NCBI GenBank assembly: GCA_963777955.1
Contig: CAVZSQ010000013.1
Span: forward strand, 256,001-320,000
Source: Calditrichia bacterium
Lineage (GTDB): Bacteria > Calditrichota > Calditrichia > JAJRVZ01
Length of the DNA: 64,000 nucleotides
Direction: 5' to 3'
Shown here: positions 62,938 through 64,000 of the stretch, piece after piece
How the letters are laid out: each line of letters starts with the position of its first letter
How positions within the stretch are numbered: position 1 is the first letter of the stretch
Position numbers and translations under genes: made by a program
The notes under the pieces: generated by a model
Told to the model about the DNA's origin: nothing
Database searches by the model: none
What the model saw: the letters and a program-made list of their open reading frames with translations, nothing else

Positions 62938-64000
62938 TTACTGTTTTTTCCTGGCCTGTTCAAGTTTCTCCAGATTTTCCAGATATCCTTTTTGTTGCGG
63001 CGCCAGTTCGACAGCCTTTTTCATGTGTTCAACAGCCTGATCGATCTGACCGTTTTCAAATTCCAGCCAGGCCAGGGTATCCCAGATATGCGCCGCCTGC
63101 GGTTCGAGTTGTACCGCCTTTCGCGCCAATTCTATCCCCTGTTCATAGCGGTCTTTAATTTTCTGCATGTAAATGTACCAGGCACAGTCATTCATAAAAT
63201 CTGTATTTTCCGGCAACCGTTTGACAACTTGTTCATAGGCAGCGAATAATTTATCCTGCATCTCTTTCTGCCGGTAAAACCTGATCAGGGAGTTATAACC
63301 CCGTTCAATATTTGCCTTAGCAGTAGACTGTTTAAGCCAGTCGATCAAGGGTTGATCGTCATCCAGGGTATTCAAAGTATTAATCGCCATATAACCGCGG
63401 CATTCTTCGTTATACCCGTGCAGATCCTGCGGATCCAATTCTATAATTCTGCTGAAATAGGGCTGCGCTTCGGCCAACTCCCACCGGCTGGTATACTTTT
63501 TAGCCAGACGATAATTGGCTTCCACATCATCCGGAGATTGCTGCTAATACTACCTGCATGGCACCGAGCGTGTTCTTGCCGTTTACATAGTCCAGTACGG
63601 TCTGATAATAGGAAACCTTATCCCCATCATAACCGCAAATGCGGTCGATTTCCATTCCGCTATTCTGAAAAAATAAAACAGTGGGATACCCCTGGACATT
63701 GAATTTATTCCGGTATTCTTTGCCCACATCTTGCTGACCATTGATTTTGATACTTATGAACTGAGAATTGAAATAGGCACTATAAATAGAATCCTGATAG
63801 ACTTCACGGTCTAACTTTACGCAACCGCCTCAGCCAGCCGACCAGAAGTCGACCATGAGCAGTTTGTTCCTCTGCTGAGCCAGCAGCAAAGCCTCTTCAT
63901 ACTTTTTCTGTTCAAACTTAACCAGAGTGGAAAGTTGATCTTCAGATTTTTGCCGGCAGGAATAAGAACCGATTATAACCAGAATTAGGACCAGAGTTAA
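62938..64000 (-). CDS. Thioredoxin-fold plus TPR lipoprotein, probable selenoprotein (UGGC); start beyond window; frameshift near 63535
   Basis: Manual translation from 64000: LTLVLILVIIGSYSCRQK...KLLMVDFWSAG*GGCVKLDREVY...; in frame with ORF 63527..63727 (VQGYPTVLF); TPR part is ORF 62938..63525. Confidence 0.85.
63798..63813 (-). promoter_or_regulatory. Candidate bacterial SECIS hairpin
   Basis: Minus strand TAGAC-CGTGAA-GTCTA; stem begins 16 nt after the in-frame TGA at 63832-63830; G at loop position 2. Confidence 0.6.

Noticed and set aside
63527..63529. Second TGA in the thioredoxin-TPR gene as another Sec or readthrough site
   Set aside because: The downstream TPR coding region is in a different frame (offset by one base), so this is a frameshift, not an in-frame stop
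426..63702. Numerous short antisense or overlapping ORFs in the track (e.g. 19289..20146 +, 16853..17443 +, 55710..56291 +)
   Set aside because: They lie opposite well-supported genes and show no motifs; shadow ORFs
1..64000. Genome-wide stop-codon reassignment as the cause of split genes
   Set aside because: The breaks examined change frame, and TAA, TAG and TGA all terminate intact genes
1..64000. Prophage, transposase, integrase, tRNA or rRNA
   Set aside because: No such motifs or structures recognised anywhere in the window

Overview
Bacterial chromosomal window with no mobile element, rRNA/tRNA or CRISPR seen. Gene content (PorV-family barrel, T9SS/FlgD-type C-terminal domains, GWxTD protein, TonB receptor without SusD) suggests an FCB-group lineage such as Calditrichota or KSB1 (inference). 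Bases 1-42.8 kb form one co-directional minus-strand carbohydrate-utilisation locus, divergent from an AgaR-type DeoR regulator. It encodes AgaS, a GatZ/KbaZ-family enzyme, a PfkB kinase, SSS and DMT transporters, a GH36 alpha-galactosidase, at least six unclassified glycoside-hydrolase-like exported proteins, a NodB-type deacetylase-like protein, and a TonB receptor/CTD protein/PorV/IPT/LamG surface module. This points to galactosamine/GalNAc/galactose glycan use without SusD, PTS or KbaY in the window. The rest holds housekeeping genes (mscL, cysE-cysK, archaeal-type thyA, galM), an uncharacterised five-gene operon (coiled-coil, PspA-like membrane protein, SBP-OmpA fusion, ABC permease, ATPase), two REP-like palindromes and a CheA-like PAS-Hpt-HATPase kinase lacking CheW. 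At the right edge is a thioredoxin-TPR lipoprotein with an in-frame TGA in its redox motif (U-G-G-C) followed by a SECIS-like hairpin, i.e. a probable selenoprotein missed by the ORF track. About ten genes are split by small frameshifts, most likely assembly errors.
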